DNA from: Eledone cirrhosa | Lineage: Eukaryota | Direction: 5' to 3' | Assembly: GCA_964016885.1 (NCBI GenBank) | Contig: OZ024755.1 | Coordinates: 36,580,001-36,644,000, forward strand | DNA: 64,000 nucleotides | The notes under the pieces: model-generated | What the model saw: only the letters and a program-made list of their open reading frames with translations | Databases searched by the model: none | What the model was told of the DNA's origin: nothing | Shown: piece after piece, positions 1 to 11,038 of the stretch | Numbering within the stretch: position 1 is the first letter of the stretch | Layout: the number at the start of each line of letters is the position of its first letter | Program-made: the position numbers and the translations under genes

Positions 1-880
1 TGGAGCAAGGTACTCTGTCAAAGGCTTTCTCCAAGTAAACAAAAGCTAAGTAGAGGGGTTTACCTTTAGCTAAGTACTTCTCTCATAGTTATCATACAAG
101 GAAGAGAGCATCTATGGTACTTTTACCTGGCACAAACATAAACTCTAATCAGTGGTGCAAGAACTCTTTCTGTGACCTTCATGACCTGGTTAACTAACTT
201 AATGCCTCTATAGTTTTCTATATCTAGAGCATCTCCTTTGCCCTTGCAGTAGTTAACTATGATGTTGCTATGCCAGTCCTTTGGTATGACCCTATTCTGC
301 ATTACTTGGTCTACTATCCGGGTGACCATAGTCTGTCCCTCTGTTAGCTCAATTTGGGGCACAATATCTTCATCCCATTATTCTCCTCATTTAGTAGTTT
401 CTTGTAGTGACACTTCCAAGCTACCTTCTGATCACTATCAGCAAGGGCAAGTATACCATCATCATTACGGACACACTTCTCCCCAACAATATCACAATTT
501 TCCTTGACACATTGTCTTACAATCCTGAACACCTCACGCTTTTGGTCCTCGCGTTGTAGAACATGCTTGAACTTTCTATCCTCTGCTTCCTTTCTTGCAA
601 AGTACACTGTCGCCTAGCTTCTCTCCTAGCCACCTAATAGTGTTCTCTACTTCCCCCCATTCTTTCCAAGCCGGCTTTTTGGCCTTGATTGTCTCCTCCA
701 CTTTACTGTTCCACTACCAAGTTACTCCCCTCCTGCCTAAAGGTCTGCTCCAGCCACAGATTTCATATGTTGCCTTCAGCAGGTTAACTTCCCTAAACAG
801 CACAGGTACCGCACCATTTTCAGCAGGCACACAATTGAATTGTCCAACTCCACAACTGCATCTTCCTCCAATAGGAACAC
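1..880 (-). mobile_element. Decayed RTE-clade LINE ORF2 fragment (linker to RT N-terminus)
   Basis: Minus-strand frames read IPKDWHSNIIVNYCKGKGDALDIENYRGIKLVNQVMKVTERV and ARKEAEDRKFK...EVFRIVRQCVKENCDIVGEKCVRND. Multiple frameshifts and stops; same family as 5290-6650 and 44870-46275. Confidence 0.85.
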
Positions 881-889
881 TATGAACTG

Positions 890-1300
890 ACTGCGACCAC
901 GGAAACATAAAGTACAGTCCAGGCAGCAACACCTCCTCGAATTGTAGAAGCCTCGGTAACTGCTCCTTGGAAGGCAAATGCCTTGGCAGTAGCTTAGTCT
1001 ATGAATGTAGGGTGAGTACCAATAACCAAACCTTCACCTATATTGGAGCTACAGCTAATAAATTTAAAGAACGCTGGTACAACCACTGCCACACCTCTAG
1101 GAGAATGGATAAGAAAAACAGCTCTGCCCTCTCTGAACTGGTGTGGCTGCTCAAGCATGACTCGTGCAATCTATGTCGCCAAGATTATGGAGATAATCGA
1201 GAGGAGAACGCAGATTATCAATAAGAGGAGTAACCTGTTCAGCACCTACCACCACAGATCAACTGGAACTTTCCTCAGACTGTATGGAATAGCAGCGTAG
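890..1300 (+). mobile_element. Penelope-like element, GIY-YIG endonuclease C-terminal fragment (decayed)
   Basis: C-x-LEGKCLGSSLVYECRV...TYIGATANKFKERWYNH...SALSELVWLLK...CNLC..., then (frameshift) IINKRSNLFS. This is the VY...YIG plus Cys/His layout typical of PLE endonucleases. Confidence 0.8.
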
Positions 1301-1775
1301 TTGTACTGGTTCACGTCCAGTACAAAGCTTGACCATGGGAACTGGACATGGCCACACAACGACCCCAGCATCAGGTGAATCCTGGATAACCTGTGTCCCC
1401 CTCTACCACCCCTCTATCACCATTCTGTTATGCACGTATAGGATTTTATACTCGCGACATGAGGGTCTATGTTTTATATCCCTTTGTTCCTTGTTCTCCG
1501 TATGTATACCTACTTTTGTATTTATGTATATTCTTTGTTCCTATGTTCTCCATGTGTACCTGAATTTATATCTACATACCAATATGTATGTTGTTGTCCT
1601 TATATTCACTTCCTGCAGCTCACTTCTAGTGGTTGTTACTATTGTTATTATTAATACCAATGTAGTTACAACTGACTACTATTGTGGTAACTAATTATTA
1701 TTTTGCACTGAGATTATTGCTGGCCTTGTGCCAAAGGGTAGAAGCGATAATTATTATTATTATTATTTTAGTAAC

Positions 1776-1970
1776 GGCGTGAATTGGCAGTATCGGTAGA
1801 GGGTCGGACGCCATGCTTTGACGCATAGAGTTACGGCCCTTGCCATTCTGAGTTCAAATCCCGCCGAGGTTAACTTTACCTTTCATCCTTACGGGGGTCG
1901 ATAATATAAAGTACCAGTAATGCACCGGAGTAATTGCTGGCCTTGTACCAAAAGTAGAAACAATTATTAT
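1776..1970 (+). mobile_element. tRNA-derived SINE family A (~190 bp), representative copy
   Basis: Box A-like TGGCAGTATCGG, box B GAGTTCAAATCCC, central GCCTTTCATCCTTACGGGGTCGATAAAATAAAGTACCAG and an (ATT)n tail. Other copies at ~7200-7318(-), 12450-12600(-), 13020-13180(-), 17235-17420(-), 23085-23228(+), 26930-27116(-), 30950-31258(+), 51342-51538(+), 51921-52112(+), 52130-52322(+). Confidence 0.85.
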
Positions 1971-2910
1971 TATTTTAGTACTATTATTACTGTACCAGTA
2001 ATGCACTGGGTAATTGCTGGCCTTGTGCCTAAAGTAGAAACAATTATTATTATTTTAGTACTATTATTACTGTAGGAATTTATTTACAGCAACCGGCACC
2101 ACCAGGCCTTTCTTATTGCCGTCGTTGTTGTTGTGACGGATTCATTACTGGTGGTGGTGTTGTTGTTGTTGGTAGTGTTGCTGCTGCCTGGCTATTGGGT
2201 AGAGATGTGGTCACTGCCACTAGCTGGGTACTAATATCACTACTACTGCAACAGCCAGTGTGGGCGATGGGATCGGTGTTGCCGTTGTTGTTGTTGTTGT
2301 TGTTGTACAACAGCCAGTGTAGGCGATGTTGGTCGGTGTTTGTTGTTGTCGTTGCTGCTGCTGTCTTGAATGTGGCTGTCAAGAAAATATATATCTCACC
2401 CCCCATCAGAGTTCCGTTTATTGCTTCCACTATCTACTGGAATCTAGCTATGCATAGACTATCATTAGGTACAGGTCAACACAACACACTTGAGTGGTTA
2501 CCCTTTTGATAATTTACGACCCTAATTCAGTGGGTGGTGCGCAAGTCCTGATTTCGCTAATTGTCACATGGATAGCACTTTACTCCAGTAAACACGACCG
2601 CTGAGAGACCCTTTTAAAAACTCATTTGTCTGCTGGGCACACGAGCAGAAGGACGTGTTTTCCTGCCGGCAGCATATCAGAAAATGGAATTTCATCTGAA
2701 GATACCTTTCTCATAACAACAAATGCACGAGTTACATCTTGATTGCATGGGAGAACCGTTGAAATAATTATTATGAATAAACAATTTATGTAACATCAAC
2801 ATCTTTATTAATGTTATTATACTGAATCTCGATCTTAACTACAAACTACGAATGTTGAGAGCTTTCTCCTGCTTGCTCCTGTTTTTACCAAAACAACCTC
2901 TTCAGAACAT

Positions 2911-3091
2911 ATAGAGAGGGGGAGAGGGGTGGGGGAGGGGGGAGATAGGGAGAGAGAGATAGGGAGAGAGAGGGGGAGAGAGAGGGGGAGAGAGAGGGGG
3001 AGAGAGAGGGGGAGAGAGATAGGAAGAGAGAGAGTGAGAGGGGAGGGGGGAGGGAGAGACAGAGAGATAGGGAGAGGGAGAGAGAGGGAGA

Positions 3092-3143
<52 letters not shown>

Positions 3144-3155
3144 GAGAGAAAGACA

Positions 3156-3193
<38 letters not shown>
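2911..3193. repeat. (GA)n/purine-rich microsatellite
   Basis: Directly visible GA/GGA tract; explains the S/L- and R/E-rich ORFs. Confidence 0.97.
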
Positions 3194-3307
3194 AGTAGTT
3201 CCACAACAGTTAACCATTTCCAAGGACAATTTCTTTCACCTTAACGGATCATCAGACCCATGAACTGAGTACTCTACTTCTGTGGATTTAACCCACTCGT
3301 GTTCTGC

Positions 3308-3310
<3 letters not shown>

Positions 3311-3365
<55 letters not shown>

Positions 3366-3553
3366 CGAAGGAATTGTGGTAAGGAACCAGATGGACCATA
3401 ACGCACCAAAGTACTCAATATTTAGGGTAGTAGACTGGGTAATAGGAACAAGTATGACCCCGACGGCAGAGCTCAAGCCGTTTCGACGGCTATTTCTGGT
3501 CCAGAAATAGCCGTCGAAACGGCTTGAGCTCTGCCGTCGGGGTCATATTTGTA

Positions 3554-3593
<40 letters not shown>

Positions 3594-4370
3594 CACATAT
3601 ATATATACACACACACACATATATATACACGCACACATATATATATACACACATATATATATATACACACATATATATATATACACACACACACATATAT
3701 ATATACACACATATATATATATACACACACACACATATATATACACACACACATATATATACACACACATATATATACACACATATATATATACACACAC
3801 ATAGTTATACATACACACATATATATACACACATATATATATATATATATACACACACATATTATGTTGGTGCCGCGCCATCGAGGCCGAAACAAATGAG
3901 ATCGTGTAGGTGTCACGACAAAAAAACACACAGTCCACGCTGTAATGTGGCCGTGTAGGCAACACGGTAAAAACCTCCCAGACCCACACTGTAAATGTGG
4001 TTGGTGTTAGGAAGGGCATCCAACTGTAGAAAACCTGCCAGACAGTCCTATGCGAGCAAGACAACCACTCTTGCCTCAAGTGGGACTACCCCCGTCCAAA
4101 CCCATGCAAGCGTGGAACACGGACGTTAAACGTTGATGATGATGATGATATACACACATATATATATATATATATATACATACACACACATATATATACA
4201 TACACACATATATACACACATATATACATACACACACATATATACATACACACACACACACATATACATACACACACACACACATATATACATACACACA
4301 CACACATATATATACATACACACACACGCATATATATATACATACACACACACACATATATATATATATA
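3311..4370. repeat. Compound (TA)n/(CA)n microsatellite region with an embedded palindromic element and a SINE
   Basis: TA/CA arrays at 3311-3364, 3552-3860 and 4148-4370; source of the YI/HT/CV ORFs. Confidence 0.95.
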
Positions 4371-4878
4371 AATGAAAGGTATAGAAAGTATTGTAACAAG
4401 AAGCCAACAGTATTTCATAATATATAAGTGACTATAGTGTCAAAATGGGAAAATAGTTGACGTAAGATGTGGGAAAAATAATTCAAACTCAATTCAAAAA
4501 GAATCAAGATATAGATTTATCCAACAGAATTTAGTGAAATCCAGGGGAAAATCAATAGAGCCTTAACTCATACATACATATATCGTCAACCATTTTGGAA
4601 TGCCTTGGATTAATAAATAATTACTTTATCATTTGATACTTAAAAAGTAACAACCAAATTTCCCCTAATTCACACCCGCAAAAAGGGGCAGAAGCAAAGG
4701 TCACTGCCAGAATACCTGCTCATAGATTAGCACGGTTAGAGTTCACCTCGCGTAGCAAAGAAAAAAAATAAGAGGGAAATAACTAACGATTATCAAGGGA
4801 AGTAACTTTTGAGTCTAGATTAAAGGGAGATAACTTTCGATAAGTATTAAGATTACCGGAAATTAACGACAAATTATT

Positions 4879-5050
4879 TTTTCCAGCCTGTGACGTTTGA
4901 GATGTTTGGCGGAGCAGGGCCGATGACAACGAAGTTTTTGTCATTGTTGGAAGGGCACTTTACCCAGACAACAGGTGATGTCCGTGAGGGTGTTCGGTTG
5001 TTATAGCACCTTATCCTCGCTATCACCCACGATAACGCTGCCAGTGTATC
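4879..5050 (+). mobile_element. CRE-like non-LTR retrotransposon, restriction-like endonuclease C-terminal fragment
   Basis: Translates FQPVTFEMFGGAGPMTTKFL...TGDVREG..L*HLILAITHDNAASV, matching the P.A.ET.G..G...RE...QR.S.AI.RGNA motif also seen at 16.4-16.8 kb. Confidence 0.6.
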
Positions 5051-5289
5051 AAAACGTATTAGGAGGTTCCAGCACCTTTTGTGGTGTATAACAGATTGGC
5101 ATACTTCAGTGTTAATTTAATCCTTTAGCATTTAAACCGGTTGTTTCTGTTCAAACCGGCTGTAACCAGCCATTCATACTTATGTCAAGGTATTGTTCTC
5201 AAAATAAATAATATCAAAATCTCATAGATTCAATATTATGTGAGGTAAAGTCGTTACTGTGAAAATATAATAGTAAATATAGAGTAATC

Positions 5290-6650
5290 ATCATCATTTT
5301 ACGTCTGCTTTTCCTTGCTTGCAAGGGTGGGACGGGTCTTATTCAGCACAGCATCTCTCCACTTGTCACGGTCCATTCATCATCTCCACCGTGAGCTTCA
5401 GTGATCTGAGGTCTGTTCTCACCACCTCCACCCATGTTTTTCGTGGTCTACCTCTACCACGTCTTCCTTCCACTGGGATTTCTTAGCACTTCTTTACCCA
5501 GCAGTCATCCTCCATGCACATCACATGTCCATACCACCTCAGTCTCTTCTCTCACACACTACATTCTATCCCTCTCAGACACAGTTTCTCTCTCAACACA
5601 TCTATGCTGGGTCGTTCACGCACATTGACATTGCACATCCAACGGAGCATGCTTGCCTCATTTCTCTCCAGCCGTTGCATATCTTCTGCAGTTGCTGCCC
5701 ATGTATCACTACCATGCAGCATCGCGTTCCTCACACAGGCATCATATAACCGACCTTTCGTAAGCAGGGAGAAACCCTTCTTCGTCAGCAGAGGAAGCAG
5801 CTCGCTAAACTTCTTCCAACCTGTCATTCTAGATATTATGGCCTCGGAACACCCACCCCCCCTCCCATGCTAATCTGATCTCCTAGGTACTGGAAGCTAT
5901 CCATCACTTCTATAGCACCCGCCTGCATTTGAAAAATGTATCTATCAATGCGACTTCTACTGTCTAATTTCCCTGGACATCTACTGCATACGTATTTCTC
6001 CCTACCTGTTAGTTTGCCTGCTATCCTACTACATCTCTTGTGTACCCAGGATCTGCATTGTGTGCATTTTATAGAATTTATGCCAGTTCCTTTTCTGCAT
6101 ACCAAACATGGCCATTTCCCTGACGGAATCAGAGCTTTGTCCTGTTTTCTACTCATCAACACTTTTGTCTTAGCTAGGTTCACTCTCAGTCCCCTTGCTT
6201 CCAACTGCTGTTTCCATAGCCAGAATTTATTCTCTAGCTCCTCTACTGATTCTGCTATAAGAACCAGATCGTCAGCATAGAGAAGTTCCCATGTACAGCC
6301 AATCTTAAACTCCTCTGTTATGGCTTGGAGGACTATAATGAACAAGAGCGGGCTGAGGACCTAACCTTGATGTACTCCTACTTGTATCTGGAATTGCTCA
6401 CTAAACTCCATTCATACCCTGACTTTACTGACAGCACCTCTGAACAAAGTTTGCACTGGCCTCACAAGCCATTCCTCAACACCTAGTTTCCTTAGGGACC
6501 ACCAGATGACAGATTGGGGTACCCTATCAAAGGCTAAGTATAGTGGCTTATTCTTCTCTAAGAACCTCTCTTGTAATTGTCTCACCAAGAAGAGGGCATC
6601 TGTTGTACTTTTTCCAGGCACAAAACTGCATCTCATCTAGTTTGACCCTT
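5290..6650 (-). mobile_element. RTE-clade LINE, 3' half of RT with Cys-rich insert and (GAT)n tail
   Basis: FVPGKSTTDALFLVRQLQE, ELLYADDLVL, WPCLVCRKG...CTQCRSWVHKRCS, KGRLYDACVRNAMLHGSDTW; ends in (ATC)n on the + strand at ~5288. Confidence 0.92.
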
Positions 6651-6664
6651 TCTCTAATTAGTTG

Positions 6665-6990
6665 TGGTCATGTAGGAGACACAGTATCAAGCACCCAGTC
6701 CACACTGTAAAGTGGTCATGTAGGAGACAGTAAAAAGCACCCAGTCCACACTGTAAAGTGGTCATGTAGGAGACACAGTAAAAAGCACCCAGTCCACACT
6801 GTAAAGTGGTAGTGTAGGAAACACAGTAAAAAGCACCCAGCACACACTGTAAAGTGGTCATGTAGGAGACACAGTATCAAGCACCCAGTCCACACTGTAA
6901 AGTGGTCATGTAGGAGACAGTAAAAAGCACCCAGTCCACACTGTAAAGTGGTCGTGTAGGAGACAGTAAAAAGCACCCAGTCCACACTGT
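6665..6990 (+). repeat. ~47-49 bp tandem repeat (about 7 units) inside a SINE
   Basis: Unit CCACACTGTAAAGTGGTCATGTAGGAGACACAGTAAAAAGCACCCAGT, followed by the SINE 3' part GTTAGGAAGGGCATCCAGC. Confidence 0.92.
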
Positions 6991-7411
6991 AAATGTGGTT
7001 AGCGTTAGGAAGGGCATCCAGCCGTAGAAAACCAGCCAGAAACAGTCCTATACGAGCGAGACACGGTCACTCGACCCAACTTGCCTCAAGTAGGATAAAC
7101 CTGTCTAACCCATGCTAGCGTGAAAAATAGACATCATTATACTATGATGATAATGAAACCAACATATAAAATATTTCAGGGAATTCAAACAACATTAATT
7201 GTTTCTACTTTTGGCACCAGGCCAGCAATTATCCCAGTGTATTACTGGTACTTTATTTTATCGACCCCGTAAGGATGAAAGGCAAAGTTAACCTCGGCAG
7301 GATTTGAACTCAGAGTGTAATAATAATAATAATAATAAAACACATTCTTAAATATATTGCATTCTTAATATAGAATTTCCCTTTTTTTTCCATATTTGAT
7401 TTTTCACTCAC

Positions 7412-7467
7412 CCAAATGCTCCACGGCTTATTGGTTTGATAAATATAAAATCTTCAATCTGAGGAAT
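7412..7467 (-). CDS. MASTL: Greatwall/MASTL-like Ser/Thr kinase, coding exon 2 (start of kinase domain)
   Basis: Acceptor ttttctatcatttcag, 56 nt reading IPQIEDFIFIKPISRGAFG, donor gtgagt. IKPISRGAFG is the Greatwall/Rim15/IRE-type subdomain-I signature. Phase 0 matches the upstream exon. No downstream exon was found in the window. Confidence 0.85.
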
Positions 7468-7820
7468 CTGAAATGATAGAAAATAAATTTTCAGCATCTG
7501 AGTGCACTATAACTCATCAAAGGTGCATGTATAGTACAAAGAATAATGTACAAATGTCAGGAAAGTGAACAGTGTACGAGTCATGATATACACACAGATA
7601 CATGCGTGCGTGTGTATGGAAGTCGTCTATTTTACAGACCATTTCATCTTGGGTGTGATGTTAACTCATTTCAATCGGTATTATTACAAATTATCTTCAT
7701 ATGAACAAAGAACATTTTATTTAAAGAATCATTTTACTAATCCAAACACTGTCAACAACACATTGAAGATAAGGGAATAATCCCAAACCAGACCATGCAT
7801 CTGATAAAATATATTATATT

Positions 7821-8036
7821 TAACCCTTTAGCATCTAAACCAGCTGTATCTGGTCAGAATTCTCTCATCTCTTCCTGTTAAAACTGACTGCTTATACTGA
7901 TGTTAAGGTACTGTTTTCAAAATAAATAATATCAAAATCTCATAGATTCAATATTATGTGAAATAATTATGTGAGATAAAGCCTTTACCATGAAAATATA
8001 ATAGGAAATAGAGTAATGTGAATGCTAAAGGGTTAA
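7821..8036. mobile_element. piggyBac-type MITE (~210 bp), representative copy
   Basis: TTAA|CCCTTTAGCAT...ATGCTAAAGGG|TTAA termini. Further copies at ~11610-11838, 12079-12291, 30190-30527, 33470-33727, 36807-37034, 44166-44370, 49531-49727, 51694-51853, 53910-54100, 54343-54540, 58198-58415, 58840-59190. Confidence 0.85.
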
Positions 8037-8616
8037 ATATTTTGCTGTGTGGTTACACTTCTAGAATAGATGCACCATATCACTATGTCATAAGAGGCAA
8101 ATAAATGGATTGGTGTCAGGAAGGAAATCCGGTTGTAAAACATTTTCTCCAACATCTCATCCAATCCATGGAATAATGGCTGTTAAAATGAATCCCATCA
8201 TAATTTAAATATAAATTTCTGCGATTTTATTACATGTAAAGAGGAGAATCGAGTAGTTTGACTACCTCATACTACTCCTCTCTCTCTTTACGTCTGCTGC
8301 CTGCGTGAATGTAAGTGTGTGTAAAAAGAAGGGGAAGCCTGCCTGTGTTTGCATGTTTATATACTCATACATATAAATGTATGCACATACATACACACAC
8401 ATATACACATATACACATACAGGTCAGTGTATGGAAAAAACATTCTAGTTATAATAAACAACAAAACAAACAAAAGAATATTTAACAATATCACCATCAG
8501 TGCTACCATCATTATTAGACCTCTGGCGTCACGCAGTAATGCAATAATATAGAAGACCGGTACCAGCCGAAGCTGAAGCATATAGACAACATGACAATAT
8601 GTCCCCACCCCCTCCC

Positions 8617-10400
8617 ACTGCAAAGTGGTCGTGGGAGTGCCACGGCAAAAAAAGCGCCCAGCCCACACTGTAAAGTGGTCATGTAGGTGCCACAGTAAAA
8701 AGCACCCAGCCCACACTGTAAAGTGGTCATGTAGGTGCCACAGTAAAAAGCACCCAGCCCACACTGTAAAGTGGTCATGTAGGTGCCACAGTAAAAAGCA
8801 CCCAGCCCACACTGTAAAGTGGTCATGTAGGTGCCACAGTAAAAAGCACCCAGCCCACACTGTAAAGTGTTCATGTAGGCGCCACAGTAAAAAGCACCCA
8901 GCCCACACTGTAAAGTGGTCATGTAGGCGCCACAGTAAAAAGCACCCAGCCCACACTGTAAAGTGGTCATGTAGGTGCCACAGTAAAAAGCACCCAGCCC
9001 ACACTGTAAAGTGGTCATGTAGGTGCCACAGTAAAAAGCACCCAGCCCACACTGTAAAGTGGTCATGTAGGTGCCACAGTAAAAAGCACCCAGCCCACAC
9101 TGTAAAGTGGTCATGTAGGTGCCACAGTAAAAAGCACCCAGCCCACACTGTAAAGTGGTCATGTAGGCGCCACAGTAAAAAGCACCCAGCCCACACTGTA
9201 AAGTGGTCATGTAGGTGCCACAGTAAAAAGCACCCAGCCCACACTGTAAAGTGGTCATGTAGGTGCCACAGTAAAAAGCACCCAGCCCACACTGTAAAGT
9301 GGTCATGTAGGTGCCACAGTAAAAAGCACCCAGCCCACACTGTAAAGTGGTCATGTAGGTGCCACAGTAAAAAGCACCCAGCCCACACTGTAAAGTGGTC
9401 ATGTAGGTGCCACAGTAAAAAGCACCCAGCCCACACTGTAAAGTGGTCATGTAGGTGCCACAGTAAAAAGCACCCAGCCCACACTGTAAAGTGGTCATGT
9501 AGGCACCACAGTAAAAAGCACCCAGCCCACACTGTAAAGTGGTCATGTAGGTGCCACAGTAAAAAGCACCCAGCCCACACTGTAAAGTGGTCATGTAGGC
9601 GCCACAGTAAAAAGCACCCAGCCCACACTGTAAAGTGGTCATGTAGGTGCCACAGTAAAAAGCACCCAGCCCACACTGTAAAGTGGTCATGTAGGCGCCA
9701 CAGTAAAAAGCACCCAGCCCACACTGTAAAGTGGTCATGTAGGTGCCACAGTAAAATGCACCCAGCCCACACTGTAAAGTGGTCATGTAGGCGCCACAGT
9801 AAAAAGAACCCAGCCCACACTGTAAAGTGGTCATGTAGGTGCCACAGTAAAAAGCACCCAGCCCACACTGTAAAGTGGTCATGTAGGCGCCACAGTAAAA
9901 AGCACCCAGCCCACACTGTAAAGTGGTCATGTAGGCGCCACAGTAAAAAGCACCCAGCCCACACTGTAAAGTGGTCATGTAGGTGCCACAGTAAAAAGCA
10001 CCCAGCCCACACTGTAAAGTGGTCATGTAGGCGCCACAGTAAAAAGCACCCAGCCCACACTGTAAAGTGGTCATGTAGGTGCCACAGTAAAATGCACCCA
10101 GCCCACACTGTAAAGTGGTCATGTAGGCGCCACAGTAAAAAGAACCCAGCCCACACTGTAAAGTGGTCATGTAGGTGCCACAGTAAAAAGCACCCAGCCC
10201 ACACTGTAAAGTGGTCATGTAGGCGCCACAGTAAAAAGCACCCAGCCCACACTGTAAAGTGGTCATGTAGGTGCCACAGTAAAAAGCACCTAGCCCACAC
10301 TGTAAAGTGGTCATGTAGGTGCCACAGTAAAAAGCACCCAGCACACACTGTAAAGTGGTCATGTAGGTGCCATAGTAAAAAGCACCCAGCACTCACTGTA
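8617..10400 (+). repeat. 48-bp minisatellite (~37 units) expanded within a SINE
   Basis: Unit CCACACTGTAAAGTGGTCATGTAGGTGCCACAGTAAAAAGCACCCAGC. The length is divisible by 3, which yields the 612-722 aa pseudo-ORFs. It runs into the SINE tail ending (GAT)n at ~10568. Confidence 0.97.
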
Positions 10401-11038
10401 AATGAGATTGGTGTTAGGAAGGGCATCCAGCTGTGCAAATTGAGCCAATCAGTTCCCGTATGAACAAGACAAGGCCGGCCAACCGGGCACTGCCCAGAAC
10501 AGGACAACCCGTCTAACCCATGCAAACGTGGAAAAATGGACGTAAAACAGTGATGATGATGATGATGATAATGATAATAATTGTTTCTACTTTTGGCACA
10601 AGGCCAGCAATAATCCCAGTGTATTACTGGTACATAATAACTGTTTCTACTTTTTGCACAAGGCCAGCAATTATCCCAGTATATTACTGGTACATAATAA
10701 TGAGGATAGCACTGATGGTGATATTGTTAAATCCTGCCGAGGTTAACTTTGCCTTTCATCCTTACGGGGGTCGATAAAATAAAATACCAGTAATACACTG
10801 AGGGATTGCTGGCCTTGTGCCAAATATAGAAACAATTATTTCAGATATATTTTCTGGTTGTGATATGGATTGTTATAAAAAAAAAAAAAATTATCTCTCC
10901 TTCTGCATCACTATCCTTTGAAATTTCATCTGCTAAGACCAGCTTTTTAAATTTTAATATATCTAGTTCATCATAGGTTCTACTCTACTTACATTCGAGC
11001 TGTTCATGAACCATTTATTTATCCTGCACCCTCTACTC

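Noticed and set aside
2690-2715. AG|A AAG GTA as the next MASTL exon (expected KVYL...)
   Set aside because: It continues KVSSDEIPF and stops, with no kinase subdomain II motif.
2835-4418. Many overlapping ORFs (SL, RE, YI, HT, CV repeats)
   Set aside because: They are translations of dinucleotide microsatellites.
8357-10525. 612-722 aa ORFs in three frames; superficially CRISPR-like regular repeat
   Set aside because: This is a pure 48-bp tandem repeat with no unique spacers and no cas genes. The ORFs arise because the unit length is a multiple of 3.
10860-11030. Minus-strand open stretch (...TYDELDILKFKKLVLADEISKDSDAEGE...) as an extra MASTL exon
   Set aside because: There is no convincing acceptor/donor pair, and the flanking exons already join in phase.
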